A stretch of 64,000 nt of DNA, taken from the NCBI RefSeq assembly GCF_009914755.1, contig NC_060939.1; one strand, written 5' to 3'. Position 1 is the first letter of the stretch. Each line of letters begins with the position of its first letter. This document shows, one piece after another, positions 1 to 14,130 of the stretch. The notes under the pieces are model-generated. The model saw nothing but the letters and a program-made list of their open reading frames with translations, was not told the DNA's origin and ran no database searches. The position numbers and the translations under genes were made by a program. Source of the stretch: the human T2T-CHM13v2.0 reference genome, Homo sapiens.

Positions 1-286
<286 letters not shown>

Positions 287-742
287 TTATTTGAAATAAG
301 ACATTTCCACTGCTCTATAGGTAAAAACAAAATAGACAAACGATATAACCACATTCATCCAACCTTGAATGTGGTCATTTAAAGTTTTTAAATGGAATCA
401 GGAGCTATTTTTAGCTGCAAAGAATCGCCACTTAAAAAATGTAGTTCGGAAATACTGGGAGTAGGACACAGCATTCCTAACAAATGTGTGAAAGCACAGT
501 GGAAAAGAGTCAGGATCATATGATCAGTCATATGCACAGAACAAAATAACTTCATTAGAGATTAGCATGATAATTAGTGCTTCTTGTCTTGCCAGAAGGA
601 TGAGACCATGTCATACCTATGCCCTTGCATTTGTTTCTGATAAAGTATTCCAAAATGAAGACGTCATTACAAAAATTCTCATTCTGCTTAGTCCAGTGGA
701 CACCCGACACTCCTCATTTGCTACAACTGATAGCTTTCCTAC

Positions 743-862
743 CTTCACACTTCTCATTTTGAAGACTGTATCCAGGTGGGCAAATGCATCTGTAGGACCC
801 ATCCAAGTTTTGACAGGTACCTGGTGCACATTTTCTGGGTTCTAGAAGACATTCATTGATAT
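743..862 (-). CDS. FBN1: FBN1 exon 48, cbEGF30, 120 nt
   Basis: cag|AT...AAG|gtagga; [40 protein letters not shown]. Confidence 0.97.
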
Positions 863-1308
863 CTGCAAAGAAAAGGGAAAAATAAGGAAGAGGTTCCCAC
901 TGGCATGACTTCCATCAAACAATTAAAATTCAAAAAAACTAGAATGAATCAAAGAAATACATAAAGCAAATTAAAGTTCATAAAATTCCACCATGGAGAA
1001 AAATAAGCAATAATAAAAATAAGCTTTATCAGCTTTCAAAAATGTATAGCATAACAACCATATTTTATTTTACCTGCATCAAATTAAATGTTTCCAGAAA
1101 ATTGTAGCATGTGAAAAGTCAGTGAGTATATAAAGATTTTAAGGATACTCAAAAGATATGAGAGCTTACTACAAAAGTATTTTAAAGAAAAATATTTAAG
1201 AAGGGAAATCACAATTGCTTACAGAGCAATTTAGCAATTTCACTGTTTAATAGTTTGAGTATTCTTGGTGAGTACAATAGCTTAATTTTTAAAATAAGGG
1301 AAAAAGTG

Positions 1309-1422
1309 ATTATATATATATATACACATATATATATATACACACACACATATATATATACATATATATATACACACATATATATATGTATATATATATA
1401 CATATATATATGTGTATATATA
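1309..1422. repeat. Compound (TA)n/(CA)n microsatellite
   Basis: tatatatata...cacacaca...tatatatgtatata, about 110 bp. Confidence 0.95.
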
Positions 1423-1579
1423 CTTAAATAAAAACAAGCCTTTATAGGGAGGATTAATATAATTCTACTCTGACTTTTCCTCCAGGTTTCCAGAAAGAAG
1501 CATTAGAACAGAGACTGCATGATTCCTTGAGTGGTCTCTGGAAGCATTCTTTCCAGGTCTTTCTAAGTCCTGTACTTAC

Positions 1580-1708
1580 CCACACAGGTCCTCCCATCTG
1601 GAGCCACCTCATAGCCTTCATTGCACTGGCACTGGAAAGACCCCACTGTATTAATGCATTGGCCATTTCTGCAAAGATTCCCATTTCCACTTGCACATTC
1701 ATCAACAT
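1580..1708 (-). CDS. FBN1: FBN1 exon 47, cbEGF29, 129 nt
   Basis: cag|AT...TGG|gtaagt; [43 protein letters not shown]. Confidence 0.97.
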
Positions 1709-2389
1709 CTGCAGAAAAATCCCCAACAATCCTTTAATATATTCCAAAGATGTCATAATCCCAGCAATAATCAAAACTTCTAAAAGAAAAAATACTTTTT
1801 CTGAATTTTAGTGGCCTTTGCTGGCTTAGCCAAACAAGAAATGCCAATGAAGATCTAGTTTGCAACAACAGAACTGGCTTTAAGCACCTATACACATTTA
1901 ACAATAAGATTACATTATTATATTAGAGACTGACAATTTACATTCAAATTTCCTATCAGTTTTTCCTTGATTTTCCTTTAGATTTTATTTTTAAATTTTA
2001 GATTTAAAAATTTTTTGATTTAAAAAATAAAATCCTAATACACAATTCAGCTAAGGGCATTCCTTTGTATTCTTGCAATTAGATTTAAATTAGCCTATAG
2101 CACAATAAAATTTAAAGAATTTGGCTTATTACTCTTGCCTAGTATGTTTTAGAAGGAGATTCTGTAGATTCAATGATTTATTTAAGAGAGGCTACATGAA
2201 ACATCTAGACCAGAAGGTTCATAGTCCTGAATCATATAATTTCTATACAAAGAATCACTTTTGTATATTTAAAAATTTTTTGGCTTAATCTAATTCCATT
2301 TATTTTGAAATTTATTTAATTTACAGCAAAGTAGACATAAAAATTATAGCTGCTAATAAGCATTTTAATAAAAGTAATGGATATAGTTA

Positions 2390-2739
2390 CAGTGGTTCCC
2401 TCTTATCTATGGTTTTGCTTTCTGGGGGTTCAGTTATCCAAGGTCAGCTGCTACCCAAAAATAGGTGAGTATAGTACAATAAAATATTTTGAGAGAGAGA
2501 GAGACAGTGCACAAGAAAGTACAGTCATATAACTTTTATTACAGTATACTGTTATAATTGTTCTATTTTCTTATTAGTTATTGATGTTAATCTATTACCA
2601 TGCCTAATTTATAAATTAAACTTTAGGTATGTATGTGTAGGAAAAAACATGGTATATAGAGGGTTCAGTACTATCTGTGGTTTCAGGCATCTGCTGGGGG
2701 TCTCAGAATGTATCCCTCACGGATAAGGGGAGACTTCTG
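2390..2739 (+). mobile_element. MER44A-like Tigger (TcMar) MITE, full length
   Basis: TIRs cagtggttccctcttatc / gataaggggagacttctg, TA on both sides, body resembles the MER44A consensus as recalled. Confidence 0.85.
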
Positions 2740-2909
2740 TAATATATTTCATGTTGAGCACATTGTATTTGACAAGTCCCATAACCAATTGTTATGCATA
2801 AGATAGCATACATTTTTAAAAGACAGCTGGAACACTAGAGATGATGCTAATTACAAAGAACACATATAAAACTGACTTCCTTTGCTGATGCACAATTTTG
2901 CACACGCAC

Positions 2910-3026
2910 CTATACAGTCATTGTTGTGAGAAAGGATGAAACCATGATTGCAGCGGCAGTTGAAGGAACCAATTGTGTTCCGGCAAGTTCCATTCCCACA
3001 GGCATCTCTTTCACATTCATTTATGT
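2910..3026 (-). CDS. FBN1: FBN1 exon 46, cbEGF28, 117 nt
   Basis: tag|AC...TAG|gtgcgt; [39 protein letters not shown]. Confidence 0.97.
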
Positions 3027-4971
3027 CTAGTAGGAAGAAAGGCCATAAAGAAACATAATTATAAGTAGAAAAAGTGGTTACACGGTTACAGTGGCTAAAG
3101 AGCATTTTAGGGTTCACCAGGCCTCATCCATAGGCTGAGAACTTCTTGATGTTGGTATCAGCTCCAGCAGCAGTCATCCCTGCAAGATACCAGGCAGCGG
3201 CAAAGCTCTAAATCTTGGGAATAAATGGTTTCCTTGGCTGGCCAGTGAAAGGAGGCAAGCTAAGGACATGAGACCTGAACGAGAATTATTTTATTCTATT
3301 TACTTCTAGAATTCTCCACCCTTGCCACTTTTCTCAAATATTTTCACTTGAAAATGGAAAAAACTCTGTGTGCATCTGGGTCTTGAGGTGTTGCCACCTT
3401 TGGCAAACTTCAACCTTCAAGATTCTCACTCCAGTTTACCAAAAAGCAGTGACTCACCTGGCATTACCCCACAATCAGCAACAAAATAACTCAGCTTTCT
3501 AGCTCACCTGTCATTTCAGACAACTTTTCCTTTTTCCCTACACCCATAAAAACATAGAACAACTTCCACCAATGATGACTTCTCTCACTTTTCTAAACTA
3601 CCCCAAAGAGATGGCACTTAATTTGTTCTTTTCATACATGCTTGCATTCTTATTCGCCTTTTGATTGGTCCGTACTTTTCTCTGATGATTTTGTAAAGCT
3701 ACTCTGACATCTTATATGTCTTTGCATCTCATCACAGCAGCTAGCATATTTCTTATAAAGAGTAGATGCACATTATATTAAGGAGGAAGTAATAAAAAAT
3801 TTAATGAAAGAAAGTTGTTACTGCTGGTTTGAAAGAATGAGGCACCATGAAGAGGGACAAGGATGAAATGAGAGAGAGAGAGAGTGGAAGGTAACAACGG
3901 AGAATAGCAAAATGTAATGATTAGAGCTAGGATTCCCTTTCTTTTCACATTTTGGACATGAAGATAAATGATCTGTGATTCCTGAATCAGGAAGCTATTG
4001 CTAACCCAAAGGGACTCTAATGTGTGTCTGTGGTTGAAGACTACACCCAGATGAGTCATTGCTAGTAATCAAGAATTTTTGCCTTGATTCATTTTTAGCC
4101 AAATTGGTGAAGTTCTTTGGTTGGGAAGGTTCTATGTTAGGGGGCTCCAGAAAATTCAGATGAGAGATGTAGAAAGAAAGTTGGGCAGGATCATCATAGC
4201 TTTTACACAGGTTAGCTGCCCAGTGATGAGTAGGGCTGTCAGTGCTCTTGTCATTACTCTGGAGAAGATACAACTTTATGAGAAATGTTCCCAAATGGAT
4301 GAACCCAGTCATAGCCAAAGTCAAGGACTTAAACATTACTATATTAATTGTTCTTTCAGCTGTGAATCTGATTTATGTTCTTAATGTCCCAAAAAGACTT
4401 AATGGTATTGCTTTAAAGTAGAAAAATAAAGGAAGGAAAAGAAGAAAATGATTCATTACACACTGAAGTTTATTCTAAATCAGCATCCTGATAATAGAGA
4501 AATCAGGAAAGAGATTTAAAATCCTGAGCTCTTTTTCCTCTAGAAAAATGATTAACTTTTCTTTGCCTTTGTAGGATTTATAAATTTGCCTTTGAGAATC
4601 TGGTACACACTATAAACCCTTCCAAAAAAATGGTCATCTCACACTCAAAAACTCAAAAGAAAATCCACATCAATATTACATATGAATAATAGCCTATTAA
4701 CATTAATATTTTTGTATTAATATCTTTTTCAATTTACCCCTTAGTCAATTTTTTCTAAACTGACAGCCAAATGAATAACAAAGGAAGAGGTTTATCATGT
4801 TCAGATTGCCAAAGATTAAATAGGATATCACTGCTGCATATCTGTCTGTGTTTTTATTTTGTATATAGCAAAAATACTACTAAAAGACTTAGTATTAAAT
4901 TTTATCCATATTTAGAATCAAATGAAGCTTTCAACAGCATATGAAAAAAATAATAATAATTGCATACTTAC

Positions 4972-5097
4972 CCAAGCACATGGTTTGGTCATCATTTGTT
5001 TTAAAACCAGTGTGGCAAAGGCAATAAAAGCTTCCAACTGTGTCAATGCACTGCCCATGACTGCATATATTGGGGATTTCTTGACATTCATTACGAT
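4972..5097 (-). CDS. FBN1: FBN1 exon 45, cbEGF27, 126 nt
   Basis: cag|AT...TGG|gtaagt; [42 protein letters not shown]. Confidence 0.97.
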
Positions 5098-8000
5098 CTG
5101 TAAATAAGAAGCATCTTAAGTGAGAACTTAGAAGACAAAATATAATTGAATAACTTACTTCTAGCTATCATTCTCAGGAGTAATCCTAGCTCTAAACTAA
5201 GTTAGTGAAACAGATATATTTATTTTTGCATCAAAATGGATTAAAACTTACTCTCATTTACCAGGCATAGTCAGAGTATGTTAACAATACTTGACACAAT
5301 AAAAAATAAGGGTAAGTAATCAAAAAATATTCTGAAAGATGAGAAAACTTAGAAGTAAAATGGGGGGATTCAAGCCGGGAGGATTTTCTGTTTGATTATC
5401 GGCCTACGCAGCACCACAGACTGTGGAATTAATTGAAGTATTTTGTCTAGTTAAGATTTGGTGCCTTAAGTCATGGATAGTTCATGGCTTCCTTTGTAAA
5501 TTTATATCAAAGTCAAATCCTATGACTAAGATTAAGTTTTTCTTGATGGACAACCTACATGGCTGCTTGTTCAAGTTGCATCTCTTTGTTTTGTCTTATG
5601 CCTGTAACTTTTTGTTCCATCTTCACCAAGTATTCACGTCTACACAGGGCTCCTTTTAGCATGTGACAACCTGAACACTGTCTCTTTCTTTTTACTCTCA
5701 TCCATTCAAAAGGAAGCCCTCTCATCTTGCTTCTGCCAGTCTTTAAGTTCTAAATTATATTTATCATCAACTGAATCTTTGTTGCTTTCCTGAAATCTGA
5801 TTATCTGAGGGGCAGAATTTAATGCATGAATTCACATATGACATAATTATATGCCAACTTACGTCTCTAATTTTTTAAAGCTCTATGTTTAGAGTAAATG
5901 TACTTTGAAGAGCACTGTGCCATTCTGATTTTCCTACTGTCACAGAAGAAAGCAAATGGAGTGTCATCTTTGCTGCAGATGCTGTAGGGCAGATGGCATT
6001 TCGCTCTTAGTTAAATAATCCAGACTTGCCGTTTGCCTGCAATGTCTACTCAGAACACAGTAATCATGAATGGACACTTTTTGCTGCACACAGCAACCCT
6101 CCCTGTGCCAGAATCATGGACATCTCCTCCATTTCATGTGTCCGGGATGCCACTGTTATGGTTATCTCCTATTTAGTAGATGAATCATCATACCATTTAG
6201 AAGTTCCAAGTGAAGTGGAGTATATCATTATGAGGGGAAATTGAAATAGAGCAGCTTAGGAACTACTACTAGCCTATGCAGAAATGCTATTTAACAAATT
6301 ATGATTATTCCCTTTTGAGAAAATGAATTTAAAGTGAGCCAACTGCTTCCCAGTATAGGCAGAGGAGACTGATTTCCGATCTTGAGGAAGGGTGTCTCAG
6401 GTCCTACCATAGTTGGCCCAAAACTTTGGCACCTTCAGGTAGGACTGGACCTGGAGGTATGCAGGGGACGAGGTCTGTCTCATATCTGAGTTCCACAAGG
6501 AAATGGAGAGCCTTAAGGATCTTATTAGAAAGGGATCCCCAATTAGGAATTTCCTTTCATCTACTGCCCTATTTCATGATGGTTTAAATAAATGAAAAAT
6601 GAAACATGGGGAGTACTTTGGAGTTCTACTGGTAAAACTAGAGCAGAAATCTAGGTTTCCACAAGCACCAGAATTTGAACTCTTAGATGATCATATTTGA
6701 GGTTGGGATAGGAGGTCTGAACAGGCTACTGTGGAAAGAAACCCAAATAGTCAACAGAGAAAGAGAGGAAACCACAAGGAAGTAGCTGGGAAGAAACTGT
6801 TCCTTGTCTTTTGTGGGGCAAGACATTTCAGAAGGGGGTTGCATTTGCTCTAACTATCCAGCTTCTGCTGTCAGACTAGCATCCTGAGCTCAGATATCTA
6901 ATTATTCTCTCAGCTCTCTCAGCAATAATGTGGGTGCTATGGCCAGGTGTGATTTGGGATTTGAAATAATGTGCTTATGAATTCAAATAAGGATCTCATG
7001 ATGGAGAGAAAGTTTTAGTTATTTTCATTTTAAACAGATGCACAAAGGAGTACTTTGCAGCATGCCTGAAAAAAAAAATGCCAAGTATAGAATAGCATTT
7101 AAAGATATTTTAAAAGTAAGACATAAATAAAGACATTTCTAGAATGAGGTCTTCAACCCAACAGGCTGAATGGTTGCAAAACTCAAGTTAATTCCCTTTC
7201 TTCTGAGGATTTCAATGAATAAAGGAAATCAAGCTTTTGGCTGCAAATGATGCTCACTCACAACACTTATGGCTGGCTGCATTTTATGTATGATAGTCTC
7301 CTACAAGAAAACAGTAAATGACTTAAGCTCCAGCAGGCTATGGCTGAATGTCTTATCTTGATCTATAAATAGCTCTGTCCCACTTCTTACCTGAGTGTGA
7401 AATGGTGTGAAATGACTCATTCTATATTATCAGCAATTCTTTATTTTGACTGGAATTATTTCATCCAGTTCTAAAGAAATATAAATTATGAGCAAAATGC
7501 AGGGAAGTGGTATCAATGCCAAGTTTCTCTAGGGTATTGTGGTTCATATCAGAGACGTCCCTGCTTTTCCTGTCCTGTATTTTTAATACATGGATAGCAA
7601 CAGCTCTGTTGACAAAATGCTAAATACTTACACATTTTCCTTTAAACTCAACAAAACAAGTCTTGATTCTCAATGCGATTTTTTTGTTTGGCAATTACAC
7701 CCTCTTCCCACCAAGGTCTCATAAAACAATGCAAAATACCCTAAAGAGAACAGTGCACTTCCTACCACTTAATCACTGGTAGGCAAGGAAATCCAAGGAA
7801 AATCTGACCACGTTCCCCTGTGTTGTTTCATTCACAAATGCATAAAATATCCAGGAAACCCCCCGTGAAATGAACCGTGAGCAAAATAACACATTCTTCC
7901 TGACTAATATACAATGATTTGCTTTGCTAAATATACAGTGATTTTTGCTAAATATACAGATTCAGAATTACTTAAAAACTTACAAGAAAATCATTCTGAG

Positions 8001-8765
8001 ATATTATTTTGCTTCTGGGCTGAAACAGCAGTCTTTTAAATTTTCACACCACTGGCTACAAGATACCATCAGATACTGAATAACTTCACCGTACACTGAA
8101 GTTGATAACATGCCAACGTGCTTCCTATTTCTATCACATCCCTGACAAAAGTGAACACCAAAAAAATCTAATCTCTAGGGGTCATGGGAATAAATAGCTA
8201 ATAAAGGCTGTTGATGTTTGCTGCCTTCAGTGAGTGACCCTTTCCCTGTAAGATGACTGGGAAGAAAAGCGATGGCTTTGTTTGTTCTGTTTCTGCAGAT
8301 TAATCTGACCCAGCTCAGGAGAGCTTCACTGTCTAGATTTGGGGTATGCAGCCAAGATGGTGAAAACCTCACCTTTCTGAGAGGGATTCTGTGGAAGGAA
8401 AAAAATCATTTGGTCCTAAATGTTGCTTAGGGGAATGTGTGTATGCATAATTGTGTGTGTGTGTAATGTGTGGGGGTGAGTGTTTGCAGGCAGGGAAGCA
8501 GACAGGCAAATACGAAATCTATGTATGCGAATGATTTACTTCTTGTTTTGAAAATATCTCATCCAGAAAGAGGATTAAAAAGCTAAGTGTTTAGATATTT
8601 TGACAATATCCCTTTTTCCAATTTAGTTTAATATTAGAGTTCATCAATCTAAATCTTAACTCATATATTCTTCAGCTTAACTATCTGAAAATAAATCCAG
8701 ATATCTGAAGCTTCATGAAGACAAACTCTTGGGTAGGCATGTCCAGCCTGTGGGGCACTACATAC

Positions 8766-8888
8766 CATTGCACTGTCCTGTGGAGGTGAAGCGGTAGCCG
8801 GGCTTACAGTCACAGCGGTAGCTGCCTGCAGTGTTGATGCATTCGGCGTTGCGCTGGCACACTGGGCCGTTCTGACACTCGTCAATAT
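8766..8888 (-). CDS. FBN1: FBN1 exon 44, cbEGF26, 123 nt
   Basis: tag|AT...ATG|gtatgt; [41 protein letters not shown]. Confidence 0.97.
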
Positions 8889-9004
8889 CTACGAGCAGAA
8901 GAGAACTGAATTTGAAGGAGAACAGAATCTGGTGTCCAGTCAACAAAGCCTCTCACATGAAAACAAATTTATATTTTATTTTGATCTGTTCTATTGAAAA
9001 GACA

Positions 9005-10045
<1,041 letters not shown>

Positions 10046-10299
10046 AGAAAGAAAGAAAGGAAGACCGAAAGTCCATTATCTAAACTTTCCCACTTAGTAA
10101 TATTTATAAATGCAAGGCTTGATTTATGACCACATATGGACTCTAATGATGCTCACATCTAAAAAAAAGTCATGAAACTTGGCTGCTAGGGCCAGCACTT
10201 GACATGGGTATAGATTAATATCCTAGGAAGCCTTGTATTTACTCAAAGATCTGGATTTTATGATTCAATAAGGTTGCTATTGTCTGAAAGGCTGCAAGA

Positions 10300-10466
10300 G
10301 CAGAATGTCTCAAATCTTAAAGTCCACATGAATCACTTGGGATCTTGCTAAAATGCAGATTCTGACTTGGCATGTCTGGAAAATGGCCTGAGAGTCTGAA
10401 TTTCTAATAAGTTCCCAGCTGATGCAGGTGCTCCTGGTCTGTAGAGAGTGCTTTGAGGTACAGGGC
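10300..10466. mobile_element. MER5-type hAT-Charlie remnant
   Basis: gaatcacttgggatcttgctaaaatgcagattctga...ggcctgagagtctgaatttctaataagttccca. Confidence 0.7.
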
Positions 10467-12839
10467 TGTAAAGACACCTGCTCAAATTACTACCACAAGG
10501 CAATCAAATCAAGAAAACCTAACATGGGAGTTATCATAAAACTACTGAAAACAAACCAACTCTCATTAAAACAGAAAAGATTTTGGATAATGGATATTGT
10601 GTGTTCCAGAGTTTTGACTTTGCTTAGGGGGTTGTCTGTCTACAAAACAAAACAACAACAACAAACAACAACAACAAAAAACAGATACTAATATAGTTCA
10701 AATTCATGGCATCACAAAAGTTACTACATGTCCATGCTATATCATGGGGCAAAATACATGTTTCCCTCTTCCCTGCTCCAGTGGAACAATCTAATTTACA
10801 GACTAAGTCCAATAAAGGGGATGGCCTATAACACAGGTGAAGGTTGGCCCTTAGTACCAGTTCTGGGCTTTTACACAGAAGTTGGCTCGACCAAAGAAGT
10901 TCCTACAAGGGGGTGGCAAATACATCAGCCGATGCCTCTTGGGCGTGATTCTGTGGTGGAAAACCCTCAGGACTGTCAGTCAGTCAGTGGGGGTTCCTGT
11001 CTAAGGCAGGTGGATTGTGCCTCTCTGGGCAACAGACACAGGAGCAGGAGTGTGTCTGCCTTGGGTTACAAGGGACCCAGCACCACCTCACTCACCAGGT
11101 CTGCCCTGCTTTGTATTCAGGATGTATAGAAACACAGGGGGCAGATTGCGCCACTGGAGAAACTGAGTAGTGTCACAGAGAAGCACTTCTATGATGTGGC
11201 ATCTGATAATGTGGCTACTTGGCAAGAGCAGAGGCGTGGAAGCTCCCTAAATCACCTCTACAATCCATTCCAATTTCAGCATTGCTGAGGCATGTATGCA
11301 CTCAACCTTCATTTTCCTATTCTAAGAGCTAAGAGTATGCTAGGAAGCAGCTGACCCTGGATTAAACATTCACCCTGAAGACGGATATTCTGTGAAATGG
11401 AAATCAGAAGTTGGAGCACTTAGTTATCTCAATATCCACAGAATGTTACCCTGACAGCAAAATGCCTTGCATTGGTACAGTTGCATGTGTTTAATCTCAT
11501 GGATCTAGCAAGGTCTAAGTTGACTTGGTGGTCATGGGTGGTCTTGTCTATGGGTTCTGGCCAAGGCCTGCAGCTTCAGCAAATATAAGTGGTTAAAAGG
11601 TACCTGGGTACAGTCATCATCAAAGCCATCTCTGAGGGGAAGGGTGGGGAGGAAAATGCCACAGGCAGGTGGCAGGCATGCTGAGCATGTTTGAGAGGGG
11701 GAAAAGTGCGGCTGTGAGGGAGGCAGCCAACTCTAGCACTGTAAGATCATCTGCCGTGGGTTCCCTCTCCCACATCCATGCTTCCTCTCCAGGTACCTGA
11801 TCCTTGATGGCTTCCCAGAGCCCAGGGACTTGGGCCAAGGTCTGAACTGGCTATCTTCTTAGGAAGGCTCGGAAGGGCTATTACCCCATTCCCACTAACT
11901 CACACAGCAGGCAGAGTAAGGGACATGTGCCCACTTGGACACAGTAACTGAAAGCCTGGTGACAGGAACTTAACAAGTATGTGGTTAGGACTATAACTTT
12001 ACTTGTGGTATATAAGTTGTCTTCAGTATAGACAAAAAAGTTTTTTTTTTAACATTAAAATGTTGACATATGTGCTATAATACGTGCTCTAAGGGGTAAT
12101 AACCCTTTCTAACATGAATAAAAATTCTGCTAGAGGCCTGAAGTGTAAGTATTAAATAGAAAATTATTCCAACTATCCTGGGCACATGGTATATTTAATA
12201 ACCAGTAATGTCCCTTTTACTAAAATGTAAGAGAACTATCTTTCCCAGATGCAGGAAAAAATATGAAGTGCTATAAGGAATGCTCCGAATCACAGTACAT
12301 ATACATGGCAACAGGAGGTAATTTGAAAATGAAAAAAGTACATGTGCATGCCAACATTCTTCATATAAAATCAAATTTGCTGTTCTTGCCATTTGGAATT
12401 CTCTCATGCATTTGGAATATCTGCATTAACCTTGTTTTCACTTGGGAGTAGCAAAGTCTCTGTCTGGAAGAGAAATGATTTTGAGAGTCAACTAGGATGA
12501 CTGTCCACTCATACTGATTTTCCAGCAATGTGAAACGAAAGCAATCTATGTGACACACCCAGGAACTCAAAGCTTTTTCATATCAGCTGGGAAGTCTAAT
12601 ATTAACACACTGTGTGTTGGGGGAAAGGGGCTGGGAATGTGCCTCCTGGTTTTTCCACTGAAGTTAGTGAATTTTTTTTTTTTGCATGAAATTTCATGTT
12701 GTTCCACACCATGCCCTTTACTATTTCTAGAGCTTAATGCATTTCTGAAATTTCAATGTTGTGAAATTCGCCAAGTGTGTATCAAGTAGCTCATCAGTTA
12801 GCTCTTTTCTGGATATGATAAAGTCATGATGCCACTTAC

Positions 12840-12965
12840 CTTCACAAACCAACAACTTGTCATTATAGAAGAATCCCACTGGACATTCACATCGGAAGCT
12901 GCCAACCATGTTGATACACACTCCATTTTCACAGACCCCTGGGATCTCCCGGCACTCATCAATAT
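12840..12965 (-). CDS. FBN1: FBN1 exon 43, cbEGF25, 126 nt
   Basis: tag|AT...AAG|gtaagt; [42 protein letters not shown]. Confidence 0.97.
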
Positions 12966-13038
12966 CTAGAGACAGAGTAGTCATTCATGAGTGACAGGAC
13001 AGCACATGATCCCTGTGCAGGGTAAGACAAGATGGAAA

Positions 13039-13042
13039 GTGC

Positions 13043-13083
<41 letters not shown>

Positions 13084-13090
13084 CATGTGT
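13039..13090. repeat. (GT)n/(CA)n microsatellite with GC interruptions
   Basis: gtgcgtgc(gt)16gcgtgcatgtgt, 52 bp of purine-pyrimidine alternation. Confidence 0.97.
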
Positions 13091-13889
13091 TGGGGTGGTG
13101 GTGATGGCAATAGGGACATCAACGAATAGCAAATTGAGATAACTAAACCACTTTCCAGACATGAGTCTAACTGGATTTAAATATATGTTCTGGGTTTTGC
13201 TTCAGAATGTCAATTTTGTACAGGTAGGAGATATCTTTGTATCCTCTGGGCACTGTGGATGCACCAGATGAGTAGAATAGAGGGATGGTCAAGGGTAAAC
13301 AGCCTCTCCACCCAAGTGTGCCTATATTTAGGGAAAAAGGCAGAGGTGAGCTGGTAAAGAACCACAGAGGAGCACATGGTCATATGGAACTCTGATCTTT
13401 CAAATTCCAGTTTAACTCCCCCTTCCTACTTCATGTGGCTTTAGAAAGGAGGTAAGTCAGGTGTGGGGATGTCAGCTGGGCTGGGGCTGACAATAAAAAC
13501 GAGGTCAGCACCAAGGAAGAACTGTCGCAGTAGAATGTGTGCTTCCTAAGACTGGGAGTTGGGCTTGGCTCTCCAACACTGTGTTATGGTTCCTTAGCAC
13601 TCTACATGACAGGTAGTAAGTGCTCAATTCAAATTTGTTCAGTTAAGAGCAAGTGTCTGGCAGTGTGTTGGTGAGCACTAAAACAGGACCAAGAGTGAGA
13701 ACACAGCCAGGACCCAGGCTGCTAAGGCAGGGCTGGCCAGCTATGGATAGAGACTTTGGACACCTCACCAGCTTGGCCATGTCCCCAGCCTGGAGTGGTC
13801 CCATCTCTGTCTTACCCACTCTGAACTCCTGACCACTGAAGTGCCCTCTAGGATAAGAGTAGTAATAGTAGTAATAATGGTAATAGTAT

Positions 13890-14130
13890 TAATAGTGACA
13901 GTATCTCATTTGCTGCATGACTGGTACATTTCTCAAGCATTCAACCTGTATTTATTGGCTGAATTATCACAGCCACCCCATGAGATGGTCTCGGTACTAT
14001 GACTATTCTAACTAAGAGATGAAGCAAGTGAGGCCAAGCCACAGGATATAACCTGCCCAAGACCAAGCAGCCAATGAAAGGCAGAGTCAGGATTTGACAC
14101 TGGGACTCAGTTAACAGGCCATCCTGCCTC
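13890..14130 (-). mobile_element. MIR SINE remnant
   Basis: ccccatgagatgg...agatgaagcaagtgaggcc...acctgcccaagacca...ggcagagtcaggatttga; boundaries approximate. Confidence 0.65.

Noticed and set aside
1209-1403. 64-aa Y/I/V-rich ORF
   Set aside because: It is a translation of the TA/CA microsatellite.
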